From contig CAZCFY010000002.1 of the NCBI GenBank assembly GCA_964498095.1, forward strand, positions 74,298 to 138,297: DNA of 64,000 nucleotides, given 5' to 3'. Source of the DNA: an uncultured Bdellovibrionales bacterium (GTDB taxonomy: Bacteria; Bdellovibrionota; Bdellovibrionia; Bdellovibrionales; SG-bin7). Below the pieces are notes generated by a model. That model worked only from the letters and a program-made list of their open reading frames with translations. It did not search any database and had not been told where the DNA came from. Both the position numbers and the translations under genes were made by a program. Shown one piece after another: positions 45,244 to 53,902 of the stretch (the stretch's first letter is position 1; every line of letters begins with the position of its first letter).

Positions 45244-46761
45244 TTGCAATTGTTTATAACTCTACTGTTATTTTTAGGTTCTATCGGCGCTAAGGCGGAG
45301 CCCTGGATGTCCAATCGCTACGCGCAGAATTGTTCTTCTTGTCATAGTCCGGGGCGGCTAAATTTGCCAACCAAAGACCGCCGCTGTACTTTGTCTTGCC
45401 AGGCCTGCCACGTAAATCCTAGCGGTGGCGGCATTCGCAATAGTTATGGAGTGTGGAATCAGCAGAGATGGTTACGCTCGTTTAAAACCGAATTTTTGGA
45501 AAGTAAAAATACGCCTGCGCCCTTTCGTTCCCAGGTGTGGGGCAGCAATGTAGGTAAGAATAAGAAATCTGGCGGGAAAGACTCTAAGGAGACGCAAAGA
45601 GATCAGCGCGACAAAAAAGATTTTCCAATTTTATATATTGTCAAAGAAATTGACTACCGCGAAAAAGACTATGACCGTGGAGATAATCAAGAGCTAATTA
45701 CCGCAAAATCCATGAGTGAGTTCTTGGCCCGAGTTCCCGAAGAGGATCCGTATATCCATGAACGCCGCCAATGGGTTTTTGCTGGCGGGAACTTGCGTTT
45801 ACTAAATTTTGATCAGAAGGTGACGGCGCCGTCAGGAACCGTAACTTCCGGCAATTATACTTTGCCCATGTCGTTTGACGTAGGAGTGCGCTTAAAGCCA
45901 TTTGTTAAAAAGAATCTAAATTTGGTTTTTGAGCACCGCTATTATAATTATCCCGGTCAAAACGGCAACGTGCGCACGAGTCCCGATTGGATTACGGCGG
46001 CGGATGGATCAAAATCACGTTCGGCTTATGTGCTCATTGATGATTTACCTTTTGCGAGTTACGTGCAGTATGGTCTTTATCGGCCCCTGATGGGCATGAA
46101 TACTCCAGATCACACTTCGCTAGCGCAAAGCATGATGTACACCTACGATACCTCCGATGGCTTAACGAATATTCCCGCCGACGCGGCATTATACGTGGCA
46201 AAAGCGCTGTCGATAGGGACTTCTCCTAACGTACCATTTGCCAATGTTCACCTCATAAAACCTGTGGATAATCCTTCTTTCCCCAATTTTTCGCAAGACG
46301 ACGGCTTCGCGGTGAACTTGGGAGGGCGCTTCGTGCGTTATGGTTTTTCGGCTATGCTGTCCTACTGGAATACAAAAGCTAAAATCACCGGTTTTGAAGT
46401 GAATAAAAAAATGATTGGCCTAAACTTCGGTGGAACCTGGAACAATTTCATCGCTAACGTGGACCTTACGCAAATCGAAAAAGATTATACCGGTGGAACC
46501 AGCGACAAGGGACATGTCCAAACCCTGGAATTAAAATACCGCATGTGGCGTGAAATCTATGCGCAAGTTAATGTGGCGCGCGCCAATACGACCCGTACTC
46601 TCAAAGACGGTACCGCGAGCGAATTTATGTTTGGGTTAAAGTCTTTCTTAACTCCCGGCGCGGAATTTGAAATTTTAAACGTGGCACGCGAGGATGGCTC
46701 AGCTTCCGGTGGGAAGTATTCGCGCAGTCAGTGGCAAATGATGTTAAATCTCTTTTTCTAA
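45244..46761 (+). CDS. operon gene G: outer-membrane beta-barrel-like protein with two N-terminal CXXCH motifs
   Basis: TTG start with GGGGGAG 6 nt upstream. SPase-I signal GAKA/EP. CSSCH and CQACH within the first about 45 mature residues, then a Lys/Asp-rich linker. The long strand-like remainder ends in an aromatic beta-signal (WQMMLNLFF). Confidence 0.6.
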   Translation: MQLFITLLLFLGSIGAKAEPWMSNRYAQNCSSCHSPGRLNLPTKDRRCTLSCQACHVNPSGGGIRNSYGVWNQQRWLRSFKTEFLESKNTPAPFRSQVWGSNVGKNKKSGGKDSKETQRDQRDKKDFPILYIVKEIDYREKDYDRGDNQELITAKSMSEFLARVPEEDPYIHERRQWVFAGGNLRLLNFDQKVTAPSGTVTSGNYTLPMSFDVGVRLKPFVKKNLNLVFEHRYYNYPGQNGNVRTSPDWITAADGSKSRSAYVLIDDLPFASYVQYGLYRPLMGMNTPDHTSLAQSMMYTYDTSDGLTNIPADAALYVAKALSIGTSPNVPFANVHLIKPVDNPSFPNFSQDDGFAVNLGGRFVRYGFSAMLSYWNTKAKITGFEVNKKMIGLNFGGTWNNFIANVDLTQIEKDYTGGTSDKGHVQTLELKYRMWREIYAQVNVARANTTRTLKDGTASEFMFGLKSFLTPGAEFEILNVAREDGSASGGKYSRSQWQMMLNLFF

Positions 46762-46774
46762 CAGAGTTAATACA

Positions 46775-48097
46775 ATGGAAGAAAAAATTAAGTCTATTCT
46801 TGAATGCCCTGTCTGCCGCAAATCCGAATTAAATTGTGAACATAAGTTTCCACTCATCAATGGAATTCCCTGGGTGTTTAAATCTACGGAGTCTACTCTT
46901 CTCCAGTGGCAGGCGCGGACAACCAAGCTCTTACAAATGTGCCTGGTGCAAATGGCGCAGCTTGATGATGAACTGTTAAAAGTAGATTTGTTACCAGAAA
47001 CCAAAGAGCGCCTCAAAATATTACGCCAAGCGATCGACGAAAATGAAAAGTTTTTGCAGAAGTTTTTGAGCCCCCTATGGCCAAAAAGCCAATCGGAGGT
47101 CGCGCCCAGTTTGGCGCAGGCGTTAGAAGAAAAAGTAGCCTCGCAACAGGCCATAGAAAGTTATTTTAATAATGTTTTCCGTGATTGGGCTTGGCGTACC
47201 GGGGAAAACGAAAAGAGCTTAGAAGCCATTATGGGAGTCCTACCCAAAACATTTAAACCAAAAAAGATGGTTGTTTTAGGTGCCGGAAGTGGCCGTTTGA
47301 CAGTGGATTTGCAGACAGAATTAGGAATTGAAGATGCCTTTGCCGTCGATATTAATCCGTTTCTTCTATTCCTCTTTCGAGACCTGATGGCCGGAAAGTC
47401 TCATGAGCTTTGGGAAATTCCTATTTCGCCCTTGTCACTTGCCAATACGGCGAAAAAGCAAACCTTAAAGACTTCTGGAAAAACAAAAGGCAGTGTACAG
47501 TTCCTATTTGCCGACGCCACAAATTTGCCGTTTAAGAAAAAATCCGTCGATTGCATTTTGACTCCTTGGTTTATCGATATTATCAAACAAGATTTGCGTC
47601 AGTTAATGAGGCGTATTAATAATACGCTTGAACCCGGGGGGCATTGGATTAATTTTGGTCCCTTGGGCTTTAGACACTTTGCCAATGCCGAAAATTATAG
47701 TGTCGAGGAAATCGCCAGCTTACTTGATGAAGAGGGATTTAAACTCATAAAGAAGGATATTACGCCAGTTCCTTACCTCAGCTCGCCACTCAGCGGCCTT
47801 GAGCGCAGCGAAAAGGTTCTAATTTTTTTGGCGGAAAAGAAAAAGGAGTCCAAGTCCGCCGAAAAATACTCACCGTTACCAGAGTGGATTATGGACCCCG
47901 CGAAACCTATAAAACCAAATCGTGATTTAAAATACGAAATTTCGCGCCATCATCTTGGTTTTCAAATTCTGAGTTGCATCGACGGCAAAAACTCAATCCA
48001 CGGTATTGCTGGTATGGTGGCTAAGCACTATGGGGTAAACCCGGCCCAGGCCCAAGAAATCGTGACGGGATTTTTAATTGAGAAGTTTGAGGACTAA
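46775..48097 (+). CDS. operon gene H: cytoplasmic Trm112-like zinc ribbon + class I SAM methyltransferase + PqqD-like C-terminal domain
   Basis: No signal peptide. CPVCRKSEL...CEHKFPLINGIPW (Trm112/UPF0434-like). SAM motif I VVLGAGSGRLTVDL, then FADATNLPF and LEPGGHWINFGP. C-terminal IDGKNSIHGIAGMVAKHYGVNPAQAQEIVTGFLIEKF resembles PqqD/RRE domains. Confidence 0.6.
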   Translation: MEEKIKSILECPVCRKSELNCEHKFPLINGIPWVFKSTESTLLQWQARTTKLLQMCLVQMAQLDDELLKVDLLPETKERLKILRQAIDENEKFLQKFLSPLWPKSQSEVAPSLAQALEEKVASQQAIESYFNNVFRDWAWRTGENEKSLEAIMGVLPKTFKPKKMVVLGAGSGRLTVDLQTELGIEDAFAVDINPFLLFLFRDLMAGKSHELWEIPISPLSLANTAKKQTLKTSGKTKGSVQFLFADATNLPFKKKSVDCILTPWFIDIIKQDLRQLMRRINNTLEPGGHWINFGPLGFRHFANAENYSVEEIASLLDEEGFKLIKKDITPVPYLSSPLSGLERSEKVLIFLAEKKKESKSAEKYSPLPEWIMDPAKPIKPNRDLKYEISRHHLGFQILSCIDGKNSIHGIAGMVAKHYGVNPAQAQEIVTGFLIEKFED

Positions 48098-48114
48098 TTT
48101 CGCACACGATCGAA

Positions 48115-48714
48115 TTACTTTGGAAAACTAACTTCGGCCGCACCCATGGGACCGGCGAGAGTAAATTTAACGGGACCGGACTGTGCCGCCGTTGCTGGCA
48201 AGCGAAATTTAACCAAATAAGGTGTGCTCCAGCGGTTGTGGTAGGGATATAGCTTTACGAGTTCGGGAAACTCATCGGTGTTTTTAATAACTGTGCCTTC
48301 AAAACGACGGCCATTGGCTTCGAGATAAACTTGCCAGATAGAACTTTTCTTTCCCAGGTTATTGTCTTTGGGATAGGGAGTAAAAAAACTTAAGAAAAAA
48401 TAGGTGTCGTAGTTGAGCTCATCGAGAACTTTATTTAACTCCGTCTGAAGCTTTTCTTGCGACCACTGCAAATAGGTGGCTTGATAACGCTTTCCGGCTT
48501 CGCGAACTTCGCTATTTAGATATGTAACGTTAAATTCAAAGGCGTTATAAAAGCCAGAATAAACGACTTTTCGCTCTGACCACTTTTCAACGGTGTCAGC
48601 ATATTTGTCGGGGTCAAACTCGTGGCCGAAGGTATGACTACCTTCTTCCTTTGTATCTTTGCTGGTGCAGCCCCACAGAAATAAAGTGGCAAAAGCTATT
48701 GCAAGAATTCTCAT
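48115..48714 (-). CDS. lipoprotein (hypothetical)
   Basis: Lipobox LWGC. ATGA overlap with the upstream hydrolase gene. No family recognised. Confidence 0.55.
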   Translation of the reverse strand: MRILAIAFATLFLWGCTSKDTKEEGSHTFGHEFDPDKYADTVEKWSERKVVYSGFYNAFEFNVTYLNSEVREAGKRYQATYLQWSQEKLQTELNKVLDELNYDTYFFLSFFTPYPKDNNLGKKSSIWQVYLEANGRRFEGTVIKNTDEFPELVKLYPYHNRWSTPYLVKFRLPATAAQSGPVKFTLAGPMGAAEVSFPK

Positions 48715-49562
48715 GATTTAGTCAAAAATCCCTTTAAGAAATTGTTGAGATCAGTATATACCGTTTCTCGACCTATATCGTTAAAAATTTCGTGATAGTA
48801 ACCCTTATAGACCTTTAAGTCTTTACGTTGGGAACCAAGCCGTTCAAAAAATCTTTCTGCGGCCTTTCGGCTAGTAATTTTATCGTCGCCGGCAAGCTGC
48901 ATAAGAATGGGAAGGCGAATTTTCCCAGCGTTTAGCAGCGCAAAGTTAAACGTATCAATCATCCCCAAGTAGAGCGCCAAGGATATGCGGTCGTGGCGAA
49001 GTGGATCACGGTCATAAGTGCGGTAGACGGACTCGTCGCGGGTGAGATCTTCGTAAATTATTTCGTTGTTCAAAGTGAGAGAGGGAATCCAGGATTTCAA
49101 AAAGCGTGCGGCCATATCTTTTACGGCTGGGACGGGTAGCGCAATTCCCAAAAGTGGGGAACTAAAAGTCGCGGCCGTAAATCCCAAATCACCAAATTTT
49201 ATCAGAGCGTTAATATTTACAAGACCACCCATTGAATGGCCCAGGAGAAAATAAGGTTTGGGCAGATTTATTTTGTTGATCGTTTCGGCCAGAACTTTTA
49301 AATCTTGCGAAAAATCATCAAAAGAGTTCACGGCTCCGCGTTTACCTTCGGACTTTCCATGACCCCGCATGTCCCAACCGCACATTGTCCATCCGTGGGG
49401 TAACATCCCGTCAACTAGTCTTTGGTAGCACTCGGAGTGTTCGGCTAAACCGTGCGTTACGACGATGGTCCCGCAAGAATTTGGAGGTTCCCAGGTTTGA
49501 TAAAATAATTCCGCGCCATCAAAGCCGCGGAAGTGTCCTTCTCGACGCTGCATAGGTTTCAT
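48711..49562 (-). CDS. alpha/beta hydrolase (lysophospholipase / monoacylglycerol-lipase-like)
   Basis: HGLAEH oxyanion region, nucleophile elbow GHSMGG, and a C-terminal His in YYHEIFND. Start is uncertain (49562 or 49553 preferred over the TTG at 49589). Confidence 0.8.
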   Translation of the reverse strand: MKPMQRREGHFRGFDGAELFYQTWEPPNSCGTIVVTHGLAEHSECYQRLVDGMLPHGWTMCGWDMRGHGKSEGKRGAVNSFDDFSQDLKVLAETINKINLPKPYFLLGHSMGGLVNINALIKFGDLGFTAATFSSPLLGIALPVPAVKDMAARFLKSWIPSLTLNNEIIYEDLTRDESVYRTYDRDPLRHDRISLALYLGMIDTFNFALLNAGKIRLPILMQLAGDDKITSRKAAERFFERLGSQRKDLKVYKGYYHEIFNDIGRETVYTDLNNFLKGFLTKS

Positions 49563-49620
49563 TGTCAGATGAATCCACATAACGGTCAAGAATCACAAGA
49601 TAAATTCCGTTATTACTGTC

Positions 49621-50166
49621 ATGATGTACAGCCTGAGAATCCTCGCACGGACTTTAGTCATTCTCATACTACTTATGGGGTTTGAAACCTTTGCCCAAGA
49701 AGACAAGCCAGATGAAATTGGCGCTAACGTAGGTTCTGAAATGGGTTTTCATGTCGGTCGTCTTTTGCCGGATCAAATAAACGGACTTACCGAAATCATT
49801 TCGGGTTGGGGCGTTCGCTATGGCACAAAGACAGCGCGGGGCTTTGTGGAATTTGGCGGAAACTTTCATAGTGGCGAAGGCTCTACTTATAACACGCTGT
49901 CAGTGAGTATGCGTGGGGATATTCCTGTGGAAAGCTTGGTCGCCGAAGTATTTGGCGGCTTTGACTTAGCGCAAATTTCCACGCCATTAACTGGTGAGTC
50001 ATCTTACTTAGGTGGCGGGCATGTTGGCGGCGGAATTATGGCCCTCATCGGTGGAGATGTTTGGTTTCGTTCCGACATGAAATTTAATATTAATCCGGGC
50101 ACGAGCCTATACATCGGCTTCGGCTTTGTCATTCGATTTGCCGAAGGTTCTGGCGGCGCCCGTTAA
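49621..50166 (+). CDS. small outer-membrane beta-barrel protein (hypothetical)
   Basis: Signal peptide ETFA/QE. Gly/aromatic-rich strand pattern (GVRYGT, FVEFGGNF, LYIGFGFVIRF). Confidence 0.5.
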   Translation: MMYSLRILARTLVILILLMGFETFAQEDKPDEIGANVGSEMGFHVGRLLPDQINGLTEIISGWGVRYGTKTARGFVEFGGNFHSGEGSTYNTLSVSMRGDIPVESLVAEVFGGFDLAQISTPLTGESSYLGGGHVGGGIMALIGGDVWFRSDMKFNINPGTSLYIGFGFVIRFAEGSGGAR

Positions 50167-50174
50167 AATTCTAA

Positions 50175-50939
50175 TCAGATATTTGCTTTAATTCCAGAGT
50201 CCTTATTGGGAACACCATCGCAAGAGAAATTCCAAAATCCGACCTCATGATATGATCCGCCCATTGCGGTGCAGATGCTATGACCATTATTAGCCTCGGC
50301 AGGATTGTCGTCACACCCATAAGAGAAGCCGCATGTCGGCTCCATGGTTAAGCGTCCTTGACAGGTAGATTGGCGAAGGCAATTTATAGATACTTTGCGT
50401 TCAATGTAGACAGTGCCATCACCTTCGGGTGCGGTTGTTGAGCTGGGCGAGCGTCCGCAAGGTTCTGTTGCGGCGATGGCGCCGGGGCCATCTTTTAATC
50501 TTACCGAGCCAATATTTCGCGAGGCTACGATTCCAAATCCGCGCTTTTTGTAAGTAATCGACATGTCGTATGTGGCTGGAGTTTTAGTATTTCTTTTACT
50601 TAGTTCGTAACTCTGGATTTCAATATTGGGTTTACCGTATTTGTCGATTAAATTGCCAAGTGGGCTTGCTTTAATTTTCTCTAAGACGTTGCTCTTGTTT
50701 TCGAGTTGTTGATTGGCTATCTGCAACCCAGCAAATGTTTGATTACAGACATCAACGTCACCAAGAAGTCTTGAAACTTCCACGCCCAAAGAAACGGCGG
50801 TTAGCCCTGACTCCAAATCCTGAATAAATTTTTGCTGGTTTATCATCAGTGTTGTTGTCGCTGTGGCGATTAGTAAACCGACACCTAAAGCAATCACTGT
50901 ACTTATTAATGAAAAACCTGATTGCGATTTAAGGATCAT
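50175..50939 (-). CDS. prepilin-like protein A (type IV pilin/pseudopilin N-terminus lacking Glu+5, Cys-rich C-terminus)
   Basis: AAGGGGG Shine-Dalgarno upstream. Leader MILKSQSG / FSLISTVIALGVGLLIATATT matches the prepilin-peptidase pattern G/F-S-L-I, but position +5 is Ser. There are 9 Cys in the C-terminal about 110 aa. Confidence 0.6.
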   Translation of the reverse strand: MILKSQSGFSLISTVIALGVGLLIATATTTLMINQQKFIQDLESGLTAVSLGVEVSRLLGDVDVCNQTFAGLQIANQQLENKSNVLEKIKASPLGNLIDKYGKPNIEIQSYELSKRNTKTPATYDMSITYKKRGFGIVASRNIGSVRLKDGPGAIAATEPCGRSPSSTTAPEGDGTVYIERKVSINCLRQSTCQGRLTMEPTCGFSYGCDDNPAEANNGHSICTAMGGSYHEVGFWNFSCDGVPNKDSGIKANI

Positions 50940-51275
50940 AGAATGCCCCCTTAATATAATTCTAGAGCCTTTTGCCTATGAGAAATTCTTCATTTTGGCA
51001 AAAAGATGACTCATTTTGAGACGCTGTTTTACTGTTTTATTTGGATTTAGCAGCCGGCTACTGAGATTGCTAATTTGTTAAGTGAGGGACAGATTCGAGG
51101 ATGACCGCATCAAAGATTGAGACATCCTTTCTAAAATATACTCTGGACGCCCGAACTTAACTTGGACCTTCTTCCTTTTTATCTACCATCTCTTCAATTC
51201 CTTCCAAATCATGCTCAAGTTCCAGAGGCTACCACTTCTGAGACTGCGATTTTTCCGCGAAGCTCCGCCCTGCCG

Positions 51276-52532
51276 TTAGGGATCGTTTGGAATTTCATTT
51301 GCGGCTTCAAGCAGTTCTTTGACCCTCTGGTCGAATCCCAAAGTGATTTCCTGTAGCCATATCTCAGGAGTAGAAATTTCGTGGTTTGCTTGAGGCGCCT
51401 CAGCCTTATGGAGATCTACAAAGTCTTCGGCAATTTTTTGAAGCTTTGTAAAATCCTCTTGCGTAAGATTTATTTTTTTATAAATCGCGGAGTTGCCATT
51501 AAATGTGCTTCCCGTTTTAACCGTAGGTAATATCTCATCGCGCGAAATTCTAACTCCTGTCGTTAGACAGATATTCAACATAACGGCTGCCAGCGGGGAA
51601 ACGTAAGGACGGGAATAAAATTCGATGGCACTTAATGACGAATCTTTGGGTTGAGACTTATCTCGAGTTGTCTCTAAGAGAGCCGGTAAGATCGCAGAAA
51701 ATGGAACAAAGTTATTTGCTCCTCTGAGAGCGGCGAAACTTGACGTAAGATTGGCCATGCCGGCGTCATTATCAAACCCTCGGGTCAACAATATCTTTTC
51801 AACCACAAGATCTGTAGCTGAACCCAATTCGGATCTCCGGCTTTTTAAAAATTCGACAAACTCCTTCGTTAGCATATTTATATCATGACCGCGTTTCATA
51901 AACTTGCGAGGGTATAGAATTGCGCCGAGATGAAATGCAATTTCATGTGGGGTCAATTTGGGGTTGTTATCAGCATAAGGAAAATATAAAAGAATATCGC
52001 GTTCGGGATCAGCCTTTACATATAATTCAAAAAACTCTTTGGGAGAAACAAAGCCTGCTTGTTCTGGCATGTAAGATATCGGTTCATATCCCTTACGTTT
52101 CAAAATGATATTCATTTGCCTAATCCACTTTTCGAGCCTTTTTGCGCCCGGCACTAACATATAGATCGTTCCATCTTCTGCTATTTTAATTCGGAAGCCC
52201 ATTTTAAATGCCAACCTCTTGCCAAATAGAAAAATAGGATTACGGGGATCTGATTGTTGTGTGGACGCGCCTAAATGATCATAGGAGGAGTCCCATTCTG
52301 CATTTTTATTCTTTTTTAAAAGTACTCGACCGTCACTTTGTTGAAGTTCGACAAACCTAACGGTAGGATTCGCTTCTCTGACGTTATTGCGCCTAAGGTT
52401 TCTTTGCAGCGATTTAAACTCCGAACGAAATTCTTCAATCGAAAATAGAGCTGAGCATTCGTTAGCGGCTTGGGTTGAAAAGCTAAGAAAAGCAAAACTC
52501 AAAATTACAAATAATAAGGAAATCTTGGTCAT
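51276..52532 (-). CDS. secreted protein of unknown function (about 418 aa)
   Basis: Start placed at the internal ATG (MTKISLLFVILSFAFLSFSTQA/ANE signal peptide). No motif recognised; HEIAFH is HExxxH, not a zincin HExxH. Confidence 0.5.
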   Translation of the reverse strand: MTKISLLFVILSFAFLSFSTQAANECSALFSIEEFRSEFKSLQRNLRRNNVREANPTVRFVELQQSDGRVLLKKNKNAEWDSSYDHLGASTQQSDPRNPIFLFGKRLAFKMGFRIKIAEDGTIYMLVPGAKRLEKWIRQMNIILKRKGYEPISYMPEQAGFVSPKEFFELYVKADPERDILLYFPYADNNPKLTPHEIAFHLGAILYPRKFMKRGHDINMLTKEFVEFLKSRRSELGSATDLVVEKILLTRGFDNDAGMANLTSSFAALRGANNFVPFSAILPALLETTRDKSQPKDSSLSAIEFYSRPYVSPLAAVMLNICLTTGVRISRDEILPTVKTGSTFNGNSAIYKKINLTQEDFTKLQKIAEDFVDLHKAEAPQANHEISTPEIWLQEITLGFDQRVKELLEAANEIPNDP

Positions 52533-52699
52533 TATAAAACTATAAGCAATTAAAATGCCTACCAAAAACAACCTATACCATCTGGGGAGAGTTCTGGCCC
52601 TTGAAATGCCATTTTGCAGTTGCAGCTGTAAAGGGTTTTTACGGCTTGGCTACTGTGGGAGATTCTTATTCTTGCGCTTCAGAAGCCCCCAATCACACT

Positions 52700-52746
52700 C
52701 AATCCTTTGTCAGCCTCCGCCGCGGAGGTGAAGGGTCCTCTTAAAG
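52700..52746. repeat. GC-rich palindromic element, copy 1 (inverted relative to copy 2)
   Basis: Its reverse complement reads CTTTAAG-N10-CACCTCCGCGGCGGAGG-N4-CAAAGG. The 17-nt core is identical to that of copy 2. Confidence 0.8.
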
Positions 52747-52907
52747 CTCCCGCGCCGGAGTTCAAGAAATAGGTACCGTCGGAAGTAGCTCGCGGCAATT
52801 CCAATTGGTTGAGTTTTTCATGTTTTGAAATTTGCCGATGGCTTTATTTTTTCTATCTTAGAAAAACAGAAAGTTTTCGAGTTTAATCCTATTTGTTACG
52901 ATGACGC

Positions 52908-53750
52908 TCATCTGCAAACATAGCCGGTACCAGCTTCCGTCATCCCCCAAACAACACCATCTCCTGAGGAGTCTATGTACTTTGTATAAAGAGGAACTGC
53001 TTGCCAAGTCGTACCCGGAGGACATCCTCCAGACGACGAACTTGGCGGCGCCGAACAAATCGGTGCGCCCGTGGACGAAAGACCGGTAACCACTTGACCG
53101 GTAGGGCATGACCCCCCAGTGGAGCCAGAAACTATACATTGAGGGGTTCCATCCAAATTAATCCCAATCATAGTTTGTCCCGCTGAACATGAACCCAGTG
53201 TACCTCCGCTTGAGATTGCCGCGCATGAGGCTATGACTGGGGGAGCCGTGATTACAAAAAGAATGCGAGGGCCGTCCACGTTAATAAGTCTTCCGGTCAA
53301 ACTTCCTTTTTCTGTAGCTGCTATTTTAAGGTGAAATTCGTAAGGAGACGAATTATTGAGTCCACCAGTGCTTTTATTATAGGGTTTAAAAAGTCTTATT
53401 CCGGATATGCTGATGTAGCGGCTATTTAACGCGTAATTATCCACCAATGATTTCAAAGGTGTGCCGTTAATGGCGTCGGTCAAAATAGTATAAGTTCCAC
53501 TGGCGTCAGAAGCTAAATTTACTGTCTTCCCCGAAAACGTAGCATTGCAATTTACAGCGTTAGCTAGCGTTTGGATCAATTCCTGTTTCATGTTGATTGA
53601 TTCGATCTTTGCTTCCAAGTAACGAATCTGTTGGGAACTTGAAATCAACTGCGAAGCGATAGCTGTCATCAGGATCATTCCAATGCCAGCGGCAACCATA
53701 ACTCCAAGTAAGCTAAATCCTGCCCGACTCTGCAGATTTTCCCTCGACAT
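52908..53750 (-). CDS. prepilin-like protein B (lacks Glu+5; C-terminal Cys-bounded repeats)
   Basis: ATG 53750 with GGGGA upstream. Leader MSRENLQSRAG / FSLLGVMVAAGIGMILMTAIA has Gly at +5. C-terminal repeats GSCSAGQTMIGINLDGTPQC and GSCPTGQVVTGLSSTGAPIC. Confidence 0.6.
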   Translation of the reverse strand: MSRENLQSRAGFSLLGVMVAAGIGMILMTAIASQLISSSQQIRYLEAKIESINMKQELIQTLANAVNCNATFSGKTVNLASDASGTYTILTDAINGTPLKSLVDNYALNSRYISISGIRLFKPYNKSTGGLNNSSPYEFHLKIAATEKGSLTGRLINVDGPRILFVITAPPVIASCAAISSGGTLGSCSAGQTMIGINLDGTPQCIVSGSTGGSCPTGQVVTGLSSTGAPICSAPPSSSSGGCPPGTTWQAVPLYTKYIDSSGDGVVWGMTEAGTGYVCR

Positions 53751-53902
53751 GCCTGTCCCCAATTCCTTTATATTATTTTATAATATCCATTGGCATTTAT
53801 TAAGCAATTTTAAGTGAATTGCCTTAGACTCAGCCAATGCACTTTCTAATCGATGATTTGTATCAGAATGAGATGCCCGGGGGCAGATACATCGCCGGCA
53901 AA

